A stretch of 64,000 nt of DNA from Bugula neritina (Eukaryota; Animalia; Bryozoa). The position numbers and the translations under genes were made by a program. The stretch covers positions 3,876,662 to 3,940,661 of the forward strand of contig OZ037770.1 in assembly GCA_964035545.1 (NCBI GenBank). The letters run 5' to 3'. Of this stretch, positions 26,601 to 39,087 are shown one piece after another (position 1 is the first letter of the stretch; each line of letters opens with the position of its first letter). The notes below the pieces were generated by a model that saw nothing but the letters and a program-made list of their open reading frames with translations, ran no database searches and had not been told where the DNA came from.

Positions 26601-28597
26601 CCACAGCCCGTACCTTCTCCGGGTCGGTAGCGACGCCATTACGGCCAACCACATGGCCCAGGTACTTCACCTCCGGCTGCAAGAGCGTGCACTTGGAGGG
26701 CTTTAGCTTCAATCCGGCGGCCCGAAGACGGTCAAAGACCTCTCGCAGACGACTGACATGAGTCGCAAAGTCTGGGGAGATTACTATGACGTCGTCCAGG
26801 TAGATGAGCAAGGTCTTCCAGTGCAGTCCACTGAGGACCTGCTCCATGAGTCGCTGGAAGGTTGCCGGGGCGGACGTTAGTCCAAATGGCAGAACCTTCC
26901 ATTTCCAGAGTCCGTCGCGGGTGATGAACGCTGCTTTGTCCTGTGCATCAGGACTGAGGGGTACCTGCCAGTACCCGCTCAGCAGGTCCAAAGTACTAAA
27001 GTACTTGCTCCCCACGAGGGCATCCAGAGACTCGTCTATCCTGGGGAGAGGGTAAGCATCCTGGATGGTGACACTGTTGAGTCTGCGGTAGTCCACGCAA
27101 AACCTTCAGGTACCATCCTTCTTCTTGACCAAGACCACGGGAGAGCTCCACGCACCGTGGGCAGGCTCAATCAGGTCCCGGTCAAGAAGGTCTTGCACTT
27201 GTCTGCTTACTTCCTTCTCCTTCTCCGGACCTAGCCGTCGTGTAGGCTGCCTGATGGGGGTGGTCCCGGCTGCCAAGGGTATCTCATGACACACCACCTT
27301 GGTCAGCCCCATGTCTTCATCTCCGCGGCTGAAGACATCACTGTAGTCTATCAGTAGTCGAGCCAGTGCTTGGCGATCGGCACTACTACTACAGTTCCCA
27401 CGGGCCCCATCGTACAAGCCAGCCACGTGCTCTGGTATCGCTGTCCGTCCGGCCCGAGGGGAAGCACCTGGGGCGTCGGCCACTGTTTCCAGTGCCGGCC
27501 CCACATCCGATTTCTGGATGGAGTGATACTTCCCCACCAGGGCGCCTGTCGATAGTTGGATCGGCTCTGTGAAAGGGTTAATGCACTGTACCAGGAGTTC
27601 TCCCTGGCAGTCTAGCCGATTTAGGCTGTTTGCCAATTGGATCCCTCCCGGCAACCCTTCCACCAGTCCCAGCCCAGCTATCCTCTTGCAGTTGACTCTG
27701 CAGCGAAGGGTAGCCTGGGACCGTCCAGGTACCGTGCAGCTGTGTACTACCTGGACGCCGCCCACTAGGGGACGGCCGAACTTGTCGACGCAGACAAGTT
27801 CTTTGCCAGCCATCATTAACGCAGAATTCTGGAAGTCTATGCGACACTGGTGTTTCTCCAGAAACGGCATGCCCAGAATTGCGTCCTCCTTCAGATGGCT
27901 GACAATGAAGGTCTCGTGGATCGCCTGATCACGGACCCGCCCAGGTAGTGTGAGGATGCCGTAAAAAGGAATGCACGATCCGTCCGCCAACGTACCATGC
28001 GCTCCCTCATACGGCTCGAGACTGGCTCTCGCGTGGGCCCCGAGGGTGTCAAAGAGGCGCCGACTCAGCAGGTTGGTAGTACAACCGGTGTCCAGCAGGA
28101 AGGTGGCTGCCTTTCCCGCAATCTTCCCGGGTAGGAAGTAGCTGCTGCCGTAGGGCTGGACACTTTTAGGCTGATCGGCCTCAGTGGGTGACACCTCCTG
28201 GGTGACCACGTGGGGTCGTCTCCTGGTCTGTGCGACCATGGGGGTTTTCAGAGGTCTAGAAGGTAGCTAGGGAAACTCTCGCGAGTAAGCTGAATCTTCT
28301 TCTATGACCTCGTGGGCTAACCCCGCGAACCGGTTGTGGAGTGGCCAGGCGGGAGGTTCGGGAAAACCTTGCGGTCTCCGAGTTCTCCGGGGTGCCTGCC
28401 ACCCTGTCAGTTGACTCCCGCGGGGGACACCCCGGCACGACTGGAGGTTTAGGTGGGCCTCTGGGCCCCCTCCTCCGAGGACCTGGCCGTTCCGTGTTGG
28501 CCGTCATTCCTCTATGTGCGTTTGGCGTACCCTTGGTTGGGAGGCTGGACCTGGGCTCACGGTTGGCGGAGTCTACCGTGAGCCTTGGTTGTTTAAA
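23670..28597 (-). pseudogene. pol: Gypsy pol (protease, RT, RNase H, integrase, long Pro-rich tail) with stops and frameshifts
   Basis: FLLDTGC; YLDD; DTDAS..ELLA; VDLVGP..TDQG..GVVER; GPY. In-frame stops at 27106, 26161 and 24711; frame breaks ~28250 and ~25540. Confidence 0.93.
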
Positions 28598-29454
28598 GGC
28601 TGTTTCCCCTTGCGGGGGCATTGCCGCTAGACGTGACCAATGGCGCCACACCCCCAGCAGGTGAGTTGGTTCGGCCGATTTGGTCTAGTCCGAATATCGG
28701 TCCTCTGGCTGCCGGCTTGCTGCTGTTGCAGTCTCACTACTTCCGATTGCAGGCCTTTCACCATGTTTATCAACATGGTGATCTGCGAGGAAGGTGGTGC
28801 AGGGTCAGCAACGGCAGCTACTGTAGTTTCTTCCTTGGCCGCCTCTACCACTTGACTTGCTGTGAAGTCGGCTCTGTGGGGGTTGTCTACCTGATAGTAG
28901 GACCGGCCCATCTCTAGAGCTTCTTCGATCGTGGTGATCTTGGCGGCCAAGTAGTGCTTCTGAAGGGCACTGTCGTTGACAGTGCTGAAGAAGGCCTCGT
29001 AGACGAGCTCTCGCCGCTCCTCTAGAGCGGTTCGGCTGAATGCTATCAATGCCAGTCTTTCAATGGCGTTAGCATGGTCCTGAAGCGAGGTCCTTCGGTC
29101 TCTCCTCATGTTTTGAAGTTTGGTGCGGGCATCTCTAGCAGTCAGACCGAATCGGGCCCGGAGTGCCTGGTAGGTCTGCCCGACATCCTCTCCAATGGCG
29201 TAGCTTTTAGCTGGTCCAGTCAAACTTGACCGCAGCTGCAGAAGACGTACCGGTGCCGGCCATTGGGCGATGGTAGCAACATCTTCGAATTCCCTGATAA
29301 ACTGCTCTACGTCGCAGTCACCTCCGAAAATCGGCGGCCGTAGGCGGTACCTGTCACCAGGTGGGGCCTGATTAGCCGTGCTGACTGCTCGGAGGGCAGT
29401 TACGAGGCTCTCCAGGGTGAGAGCCTCCCCCCCATCCTCGGGGGCCCTTGCCAT
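28573..29454 (-). pseudogene. gag: Gypsy gag with CCHC knuckle interrupted by TAG
   Basis: CWGCGAIGHV*RQCP; the natural stop follows KQPLNNQGSR. Confidence 0.85.
28591..28597 (-). promoter_or_regulatory. -1 ribosomal frameshift heptamer T TTA AAC (gag to pol)
   Basis: X XXY YYZ in the gag frame just before the gag stop; the -1 frame is the open FKQPRLTVD.. ORF. Confidence 0.7.
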
Positions 29455-29498
29455 CTGGCTAGCTCCTTGTCTCTTCCAAGGGCTGCCTGACTATTCTG

Positions 29499-29516
29499 AT
29501 CCCACCGCTGCCACCA
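29499..29516 (-). promoter_or_regulatory. Primer-binding site complementary to tRNA-Leu 3' end
   Basis: TGGTGGCAGCGGTGGGAT, 1 nt from the LTR. Confidence 0.85.
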
Positions 29517-29517
29517 A

Positions 29518-30074
29518 TGTAGTAGTTTTGTGGGTTATAGAATGAAATCAGGCAGAGAACATAACTCCTTGTTATAGAAGAGACAAGAGAGAGAGGTTGC
29601 CGTGTGCTTGCAGTATTTTATTGTAGTAGAGAGAAGTATCCAGTGTGAGCTCCAGTCCGCAAGTGACTGAAGCTCTAAAATGTGTGTCCTTTTATACCAG
29701 TGGAACAAAGGACTTCTAGAACCTTCTACCGACAGCAGGGCCGATGTTCGGCAGAGGATACCGACATTCGTCATGTCGGTAACCGACACTGGAAATATCG
29801 GCAACCGACATTCGGTCTGCCTGCATCCACCTGCCGAAATCGGTCCAACTGTCGGTTTACATGAATCAGCAAAAATGAACGCAACCAAGTGTATGCGTAT
29901 TGTAACTTATAATTGGGGAAAGGGGATTAAATGTTTACTATGCCAAAGGCTTAATAATAGCCATAGTATTTAAGGTATTAGAAAGTTACACCACAGACTT
30001 AGCTGTAACTACAGTATTTAGAAAAATAGCCATAAGTAATGTGTCAAGGGGGATAATTCCTAATATTTACCACA
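29518..30074 (-). repeat. 5' LTR
   Basis: Direct repeat of 22395-22951. Confidence 0.95.
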
Positions 30075-30247
30075 CACGAAAAAGAATTAAGTTTAGAAAA
30101 GGAGCGCGCCATTAAAGAAATAGAATTAAGTTGGTTAAATAACCGAAAATTAGATTTAGCAGTGGTAAAAGCTCTTGAAAAAACTAAATTATTTTTATAC
30201 CTCGAGGTATAAAAATTGATTTTACCATTTAAAGAATTATTTTATAA

Positions 30248-32596
30248 ATGGAGCCTAACAAGAATGCTATGACGGTCAAAAGCCTAAGGGTTTTGGCTAA
30301 ACAAAGAGGATTAAAACAATATTCTCGATTAAAAAAATCGAACTTATACGGCTACTAACGCCCGTAAATATTATGGACAAACCCGTTCCGAATATAGGGC
30401 AATCTCTCTTAAAACCCCAACCATGAAAACGTATAATAACTAAAATACGTAATCTAGGAAAATGGATTAAACACAAATTAGAAGATTGGGTTACACCACC
30501 TTAATCGTAAACTCGTTTATAAAAAAAATTAAAGCGTTGTATAATCAACCTAAGCCCGTAATAAAAAATCAAGCGACTAAAGGCTGGTTTCAAACTTATG
30601 AAATTAAGGGTTTATCGAAATACGATATAAACTCATTTAGTAAAGTAGTAAGATCGGGGGTATTAGAATTATTAAAACCTCCCATAAAAGTTAAAATATT
30701 TATATATTGTGAAATGGGAAAAACTAATATAAATACTGGTGAAACTATTTTAGAAACTATGCCATTTACATCAAACGTTGAAACTATATTAGAGTATACA
30801 AATGTCGATGAATTATACGGTGTAATGATTGAGCGTATAAAAGAAAATTTAGCTTCGCTAAACGCGAAAAGAAGTAATTGGATATTTAAATCAATTGTAA
30901 AAATAGAAACTAATATTAATAAATATCAACCTTTCAATTGGGTCATCGTGGATTGATCTTCCAGAAAAAATAAAAAATAAAAAAACTGTAATAAACCCAA
31001 AAAATAAAAATAACGAGTGCTTTAAGTTGGCTATTTTAGCGTCACTTTTTCTCAAAACGTTTGGCGAGAGTTTAATATGAAAACGTTTAGAGACTATCAC
31101 GACTTGTATATGAAAGTTGATGTATTACAGTTGGTCGACGTACTCGAAAACTTTAGAGACGTATGTCTTAAACATTATAAATTAGATCTGGCTTGGTATT
31201 ATACGCTCGCAGCTTATCGTGAGACGCTATGCTTAAAACTACGGAATTAGAATTAGATCCTATTACCGACGTTGATCAATTACTTTTTCTTGAAAGAAGA
31301 AAGAGAGGCGGAGTAAGCATGATTAGTCATAAGCACGCTCAAGCTAATAATGAATATATGGAAAACTATGACTCTAATAAGCCTAATAGTTAAATTACGT
31401 ACTTGGACGCTAACAATTTATACGGATGGGTTATGTCTAAAAATTTACCAATTGGTAATTTTAAGTGGATAACTGAAAAACGGTGTCGAGACTTGGAAAA
31501 AGGTGAGCCTTTACCGCCCAGTTTCTTAGAAGTAGAATTTCGAATATCCTCGCAAATTACACGACTCGCATAAAGATTATCCCTTTCGCCCGAAAAGATT
31601 AACGATCAGTAAAGTAGAAAAATTAACTCCAAATTCAAAAAATAAGAAAAATTACGTTATACATTACGAAGCGCTAGAGCAATGTCTTAAATACGGTTTA
31701 AAGCTTACGAAAATTCATAGAGGTATAACCTTTAATGAATCCGATAAGGATAAAAATTATATAGACTTGAATGCTAGGCTAAGAACTTTAGCTAAAAGCG
31801 ATTTTGAAAAAGATCTTTTTAAGCTCATGAATAATTCGGTATTTGGTAAAACGATGGAAAATAATCGTAACCGAGTCGGTATTAAACTCAATAGCGATGA
31901 AAAAATAGCTAAAGAGTCAACGACTAAACCTAATTTCAAAAGGTTTACTATATTTTCTGAAAATCTCGTAGCCGTTCATATGAACGTAGTAAAACTAAAG
32001 TTTGACAAACCCGTATATTTAGGGGCGGCAATCTTGGATATTTGCAAAACGAAAATGTATGACTTTCATTACGGTTATATTAAACCAAAGTATAACGCGA
32101 GCGCGCAATTATTATTAACAAATACGGATAGCCTAATGTATCACGTGCGAACAAAAGATTTTTACAAGGATATATCACCAGACATTGCTACCACGTTTGA
32201 TACGAGTAATTATCCTAAAAATCACGAATCGGGTATACCGACCGGTAAAAACAAGAAAGTAACAGGTATGTTTAAAGACGAAGCCGGTGGTAAGCAAATT
32301 ACCAAGTTTGTGGGTCTAAGAGCCAAGTTATATTCGTATAAAATGGATGACTCAGCGGAAGAGAAAAAATGTAAAGGAATTAATAAATCTACACGCGACA
32401 ATCGCATAATGTTTGACGATTATAAAGAATGTCTATTAACGCGACGAAATCAGCATAGAACGATGAACGTATTGAGAAGTCATAAGCATACGATGTACGC
32501 CGAAACGATAAACAAAGTAGCCTTGTCGGCCGAAGACGATAAATGAATTATACTAGAAGACAGAATAAGTACTACTCTTTATGGCTATAATAAATG
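30248..32596 (+). pseudogene. Polinton protein-primed family B DNA polymerase, fragmented
   Basis: RGGVS, YLDANNLYGWVMS, KLMNNSVFGKTMEN, TNTDSL (DTDS with D>N), GLRAKLYS, KCKGI. Most of the exonuclease region appears deleted near 31050. Confidence 0.92.
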
Positions 32597-32960
32597 ACGA
32601 ATAAAGAATAAGAATATTGATATCGATAGGGCGATTAAAAGGTTAAAAATTCCTAATTTTAGAAGAGTATTTTCGAGAGATGATTCACTCGATAAGCCAC
32701 GTAAAAAAAAATGCGGTGTATTAAATTTAGATGATTTAATGGAAGGTGGTACTCATTGGGTCGCTTGGTATAACAATAAAAAAAAAAATATTATTTCGAT
32801 AGTTTTGGACTTCATCCTCCTCTAAAAATAATGACATATTTTATAATACGGAACGAGTGCAAGAATTTGGTATGGTTATATGCGTACACTTGTCTTTATA
32901 TTTGCTTAAAGAAATGTCTAAAAATGAGTCGCCTCAATTGATTATAAATAGTTTACTATA
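32594..32960 (+). pseudogene. Adenain-like cysteine protease (Polinton PRO)
   Basis: CGVLNLDD..GGTHWVAWY..YFDSFGL.PP..VQ..ICVHL across frameshifts. Confidence 0.8.
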
Positions 32961-32964
32961 ATAA

Positions 32965-33810
32965 ATGAGTTCTGTATACATATTCGGCGGTTCCGCCGAA
33001 TCTACTATTATTACAAATAACTCGTATATTACGAGTACTATAAAAGATAAAGACTTTGAATATAAAGGAGATAAATTTGTAGCTCGTATGATTTTAAATT
33101 ATATAGTTGATAAACAAATTGAATTAACTTACTGTTAATATATTTTAATGATGAATACGAATATAGTGATAGAGAAATATATTGGACTGATAAACAACTT
33201 AGAGTATTAGTTTGGGATAATACAAAACCGCCTATACACAATAATGCAAACTTTGTTGATTACGATATTAGCGGTAATATACATAACGTTCCTTACATTA
33301 AAATTGCAATTAATAAAACTATTGAAGGTAATAAAAACTTTCAAATAATGTTAATATGTTCTAAAAAATTTCCTACTCATAAACCAGACGACATAATTTT
33401 TACGGATGTTGTACATTCAGATCTTATGCCTCAACAAAACTTTTTACCTTTTCGTAACGCTTCAATGAAATTATATTATAACTACATATAAATGAGTCCG
33501 GGCTAATACAATTTCACGAGCGTCCTAGTAATAATCCTTTATATTGGAAAGATAAAAAATTAACGCTAATAATTGGAGATACGACAAAACCTCTCGAGCA
33601 CGTTATTAAAGAATATTTTATTCGAGGTGACGAGCATAATGTTTCGTATATTAAAATTCCTCTATTAGAAATTATTAACGCGGGTAAAAATATCGGGTTA
33701 ATATTAGAGTGTTCAAATAATTTTACGAGTCGTAAACCCGATGATGTAACGGTTGATAATGACGCGCCTATATCTATACCATTCGAGTTAGTGTCATTAA
33801 AATTATATTA
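32965..33810 (+). pseudogene. Two paralogous decayed Polinton ORFs
   Basis: Both contain YWxDKxL..DxTKP..HNVxYIKI; TAAATG starts at 32965 and 33492. Confidence 0.5.
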
Positions 33811-33813
33811 TAA

Positions 33814-34716
33814 ATGAGTCTTGTGTATATATTTGGAGGAACGTCAAACGACGTAATTAATAAAATAAATGACGATTTCGTTTTAAGAGACGGTAGTAAT
33901 ACGCTTACGGGTACTTTAGATATGGGCGTTAATAAAATATCTAGAGTCGTTGATCCCGTTGACGATCAAGACGCGGCTACAAAAAAATACGTTGATGACG
34001 CGAGTATACCAAAAATACGAAACCCTAATTAAAAATTAGTCGTATCAAATGAAGAAGGTAATGTTGTAAATAGCAGCTTAAGCGTTAACGATGTCGTTAA
34101 GAAATCGTCTAGTTACGCTATGCCTAAAATACCAAACCCTATTAACCAATTAACTATATCAACTGACGCCGGTCACGTTATCGATAGCAATTTAAAAGTT
34201 GATGATGTTATTACGAAAACTAATGTATCTAATTACGCTATGCCTCTTATACAAAATCCAACAAATAAATTAACCGCGTCAACTGATATCGGTAGCGTTG
34301 TTGATAGTAGTATAGGTATTAGCGAAGTCATTACAAAAACGAATATAGATAAACACGCTATACCCCTTATAAACAATCCTAATAATAAATTAACCGTATC
34401 GACTAATACCGGCAGCGTTGAAGATAATTATTTAAGCGTTAGCGACGTTATTACGAATACTAATGTGTTTAATTTCGCTATACCATTAATACAACCGTCA
34501 ATTGGAGGTAAATTACTAATGCTTTCGAGCGATGGTAATGTCGTAGAAACAGGTATAAATATTGTTGATCCTATTACGATAAATAATATATTGGGTTACG
34601 CTATTCCAAAATTACAAGCACCGGTTGGAGGTAAATTAGTAACATCAGCTAGCGATGGTAATATAATAGAATCTACCGAATCTCCTTCGCAACCTGTATT
34701 TTCGAGTTACGTTTAA
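33814..34716 (+). pseudogene. Fibre-like repeat protein
   Basis: LDMGVNKISRVVDPVDDQDAATKKYVD motif, then ~6 repeats of ~38 aa (AxPxIxNPxNKLTxSTxxGxVxD); one internal stop at 34032. Confidence 0.65.
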
Positions 34717-35964
34717 AAACTTTAGTTAAAACAGATGGCAAAAACCTCACGGATTTATTACTTTGGATTTATCTTCTTCAAAAAATAATGGGAGATATAG
34801 GCACGGGCTAGACGAATTTTATATTCCTAATATAATTCTTATAAGAATTTTTTATTTCGAGCCCAGGCGTTCACGAAAAAGTATCTCAGGTCTCTACTAA
34901 TTTATATTTCATAACACAGTTCTACTAAAAATACATCAACTCTACTAAGAATTGCCTCGTGCACCAAAATGGCTAAATTCAAAAATAAAGTGTCCCAGAA
35001 TCAACCACTTTCTACTACTATTATAGGTTAGTTTCCTAATTATTTTTCTCAAACATTAAATAATGAATAATGGCAAGACTGACTTTGTAAAGAAGCAGAA
35101 CCTATAGAAAATCAAGCTGCAAAAGCCTAACCAAAAGACACATTGCTAGGGTGATTAGTCCTATATCCATTATTTTAAGTTTGATTTTAGCTTAATATGC
35201 TTTGATAAAAGTCCTATTTTGGCAATTAGAGTCTTGAAATATAGGTGTCAATTGTAGAGTATAATTATCCTTTTTGAATATAGAAAAAGAGTAGAGTGGA
35301 GTAGAGAATCTTAACATCCTATAAGAGCTGCAGCTGACATTATAGAAAGGATGTCCTGAGTAGACATCATACTAGCATTTCTTTGACAGAACCTGATCAT
35401 CTAGTAGTCCACTTCATCTAAAATACAAATACCAGTTTTTTCAATACATGCAAAAGTAATTTCCAACATTTTCAATTTGAATTAACATGCTCATACACCA
35501 CAGTTAGTACTATAGTATAGTCTATATTTTGTAACATCTACTTATACCGTAATTACATAAAAGCTGCTGGTAACTTTTTAAAAGACACAACTCATAATTA
35601 CAATTATTAGGTTGAACGCTCCCTAAAGATTGCATTTTTCAAACAATTCCCCATTATATATGACTGCCATGATGACTACAATTCTTTTGAAACATATGCA
35701 TTGCTTATATTTTAAGTTGGTCACTCAATGTAAATGTAATTTGGTATGCTGCAAGTATTAGTACGATTAGAATTACTAAGCAGAAACTCTTCAGTGCAAA
35801 AATATTTTTTCTATGTGACTATACTCAACCACAGAACTCTAAATAATTTGAAGAAGTTATGGCCAGTAATGAATTTGGATAATTTTCTTAAAGGTAATTA
35901 CATAATTATAATAATAAAACCAACTGTCAATTCTGATCTAGTTTTACATCACCATGATTATTAG

Positions 35965-37268
35965 TAGGGGTAACGGAGGGGGGGGGGCACAACGGTCAAA
36001 GGGGTACAAAAAGCCGGCCAAATTGTGAGAGAACTTATTGACTTAAAGTTGCGATTTTTTTTTCATAAAAAGATATTGGCATAATTATTCAGCCTTTGTA
36101 GTTTCAACACTTGCGGAATATACGTGTTGAAAAGGCAAGTGAAAAACTGTTTTTACCTACTTTTTGTAAAATTTTTAAGACGTGGTTAAAGCTTTATAGC
36201 TTTTTACACTCAAAGGCAACAAGCATAGATTTTACTGATATTGTTACCATTGCTTGTCTCTACATTGCTTAACTAGTATGACAGCAAACTCTGAAATAAA
36301 TTTTCCTTGAGGCACGTTTATGCCAAATTTGGCCATCCGGGGCACAATGGGCCACCTGATCATTGTACCCTGATCACTGTTATTAGTTTGTTTGCCCAAA
36401 AAGTTGGTTGAAATGTTACTAAAATCTATAGATATAGCCATTTCTGACCTTTTTGTAAAATATCAAAGACATCATGGTAAGACTACCAAACTACAAGGTG
36501 AAGCTCTCCCAATATATATATCTGGTGAGGTTAAAGCTTTGCTATTTTATACATAATATAAAACACTCTGCTGTTGCTACTAGTAGATAGTCTTGATATT
36601 TATTATGCATTATATCATTGATGGAATATACATGTATTTGACTAAAATAAATTGTGATTTGCTCATTCGCTCCCCCCCTCTCCCTTCCGTACTCCAGCCA
36701 CAAACCGAAGCAATGCACCTTATAAGCTACAGTTCATAGAAAAAAGTCTAATCAGAATTATGTAGTACAAATTACTAAAGTTTTTTTCTAATAAAAATTC
36801 CTCTGAAGTGTAAAAGAAAACATTTTTAGTTCTAAACAGTAATGATAATGGCACCGTGGAACCGAGTGATGTATGTTTGATTTTGCCTTCCTCTGCTATC
36901 CGTGGTGGCACAAACTGTACAGCGAAAACATAAATTTTGCTTTCGATCTGAAAGAATATTATTATTTGTTTGCAATATTAAATAAATAAAGATCAGATGC
37001 AACAAAATCTGCAAAGTTTCAATATATTTGTTGAGTCCCACCCAGTGGCCCATTGTACCCCGGTACGGGGGCACAATGGGCCAATTTATTCGTCATGAAA
37101 ATTTCATTATTCTGAAAGTTGTGATAGAGATAGAAACAACAAACTGATACCTGTAATAGACAACAGATGCAGCATTAAGACTAGATATTATTGAACTAGT
37201 AACTTAAAAAACAGACGAATGAGAGCAAAAAATGCAAAATTCGGCCCGTTGTGCCCCCATTACCCCTA
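35965..37268. mobile_element. Non-autonomous TIR element (pogo-like MITE derivative)
   Basis: TAGGGGTAA..GGGCACAACGG / CCGTTGTGCCCCCATTACCCCTA termini; internal GGGCACAATGGGCCA repeats (~36339, ~37069). Confidence 0.75.
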
Positions 37269-39087
37269 TTACTATGCATTTATTAAACATAAAACTCAAA
37301 CTTGAAGTTTAGTGATACTGCACAATGCTAATAATAATACAGTTATAATAGTAATAGTAATACACAGTATAGGCCTACTCATACTGTAATATACTAATAG
37401 TACAACTATACAAATACTATAAAATTAAGTATAATTATTAAATTATTGCTTGCAAGCAATATAAAATACGTGAATTTGCTGAAGGAAGCAGTAGTACTAT
37501 AGTACTCACTTACCTTGACGTTAAACTCCTAAAGTTAATCAAAGTTAGGTTTGAGAGGTAAGAGATGTTCTTCACTCAATTTTATCATGATAGTCCTATC
37601 GCCAGTTGGCACGTTCACTTTGCAGATTGTAATTTAACATCGAATATTTTATTTACCGGGCTATAAGCTTTTACTAGTAACATATCAATCTGGGCGAGAT
37701 TAGTAACGCTTATAGCTACGTATGATATTACACAGAGCGGTTTATTGGAAGGCAGTGCACTGCAGCTGTGGAATGACTAGGGTAGCCTATCCAGGAGTGG
37801 ATGTGAATTATAAACGTTCTACTTGCTTTTTTGAAAGCATTATAATGAGAGCATGTGCTTTAGTCATTGAAATAAAATTAAAGTTATTGTTTTAAAAATA
37901 ATGACTTACTTAAAAAACAGTTATTTATTAATTTTATTATTGGTTTTTTAGAAAAAAAGTAATTGATAAAATTTTGAACATCCCTAATAATACCACAACT
38001 ATATTCCACTCCTTTAGTCGTAACCTAATTAGATTAGAAGTCACATTTTCAATACAAACAAGCTAGGCTTAGCATTTCTGATGCCTATATACTGCTGCAT
38101 TAGCTCTTACAGAATTAGTAGACTGAAAGTGCAAAACCTAGTAAGCTACCAACACTATAAATTGGTATATATATAAGCGAGTAAAGGAAATGAATGTTAT
38201 ATGTGTACAGAAACTTGTACTCAAATACAATAACACCATAGTTATGGTTATTTGAGATGCAGTTGTATTAAAAAAAAATTGTGAAATTGAATACTCATTA
38301 TAGACATTACATCATGCTGAATCGGGTTACATATTTGGCTATTTAAAGCTGTTATTATAAAATAACTCAACCAAGTTACTTATCAGTGACAAGTAATATA
38401 GCATTTAAATTCAAACCATGAGCTCATTTCAGCTAAAAATAGCAGCACCTTGTCACTGCACATGAATGGCTGGCCACTGTTTGAGCCATTAGCAAAATGG
38501 CTTACAGCCGTTGCAAGCCTGCTACATGCAAGAATTATGTATCAATCAGAAACTTCTTATATTCAATTGCAAGCATATACTAGACTTGTATTACCATAAT
38601 ATAAAAAGTTGCCTACATAGGTGCAATAGTAGAAAAGCTTAAACAGCCTAAATTTGTCAAAAGATGCTAATTTGAGAACAGGTTGAAATTCTCTCTAAAC
38701 TTTTTTGCTGCATCTCAATGCCTAGGCCTAATAATATGAAACATAGGGTTTAATTTCTCCATATCCTCATTACTACACATACCTCATACTCGGTATACTC
38801 TTGCATACCTGGTAATAAGATTATTTTTAAAATAAAGTTTTACAATTACTACTCAATTGATTAAAAGTTCCCTCCAACAATTTTTGTAGACTCTGAAATT
38901 TTTTAATATATTGCATTACCAATACAATAAGCTTGGTTACAAGAACCACAAATGTGCTTTGAAATCACACACAAAAGCTATAAAACTTAGTGGCTATATT
39001 ACCTCTCATTGGCATTATAAGGTGCTTGGGCTCTCAAGCTGTATAATTATTAAACTGTTTTGGACTAAAAATATATAGGATATAAAC

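Larger units (their letters stand above)
22395..30074 (-). mobile_element. Full-length young Ty3/Gypsy LTR retrotransposon (7680 bp), coding-defective
   Basis: 557-bp LTRs (TG..CA) with about 3 differences seen; 4-bp TSD CACG; PBS; PPT; order gag-PR-RT-RH-IN. Confidence 0.97.
20206..34720 (+). mobile_element. Decayed Polinton/Maverick (adintovirus-like) fragment, split by the Gypsy insertion
   Basis: Capsid, penton, pPolB, adenain-like protease and fibre-like ORFs; intronless, AT-rich but CpG-rich. No TIRs, integrase or packaging ATPase recognised. Confidence 0.88.

Noticed and set aside
26161-27108. Programmed stop-codon readthrough in pol
   Set aside because: The stops replace conserved W (GTWRF) and R (LRTDH) codons, consistent with ordinary mutation.
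24305-28917. Numerous antisense/alternate-frame ORFs in the Gypsy interior
   Set aside because: Expected shadows of GC-rich pol coding sequence; no motifs.
34720-35020. Polinton terminal inverted repeat
   Set aside because: No (AGT)n-type terminus with a matching partner or 6-bp TSD found.
37500-37760. Possible non-coding first exon of the LRR gene (strong minus-strand donor AAG|GTAAGT at 37514)
   Set aside because: No transcript evidence, a competing plus-strand donor lies nearby, and it cannot be linked to the acceptor at 9680.
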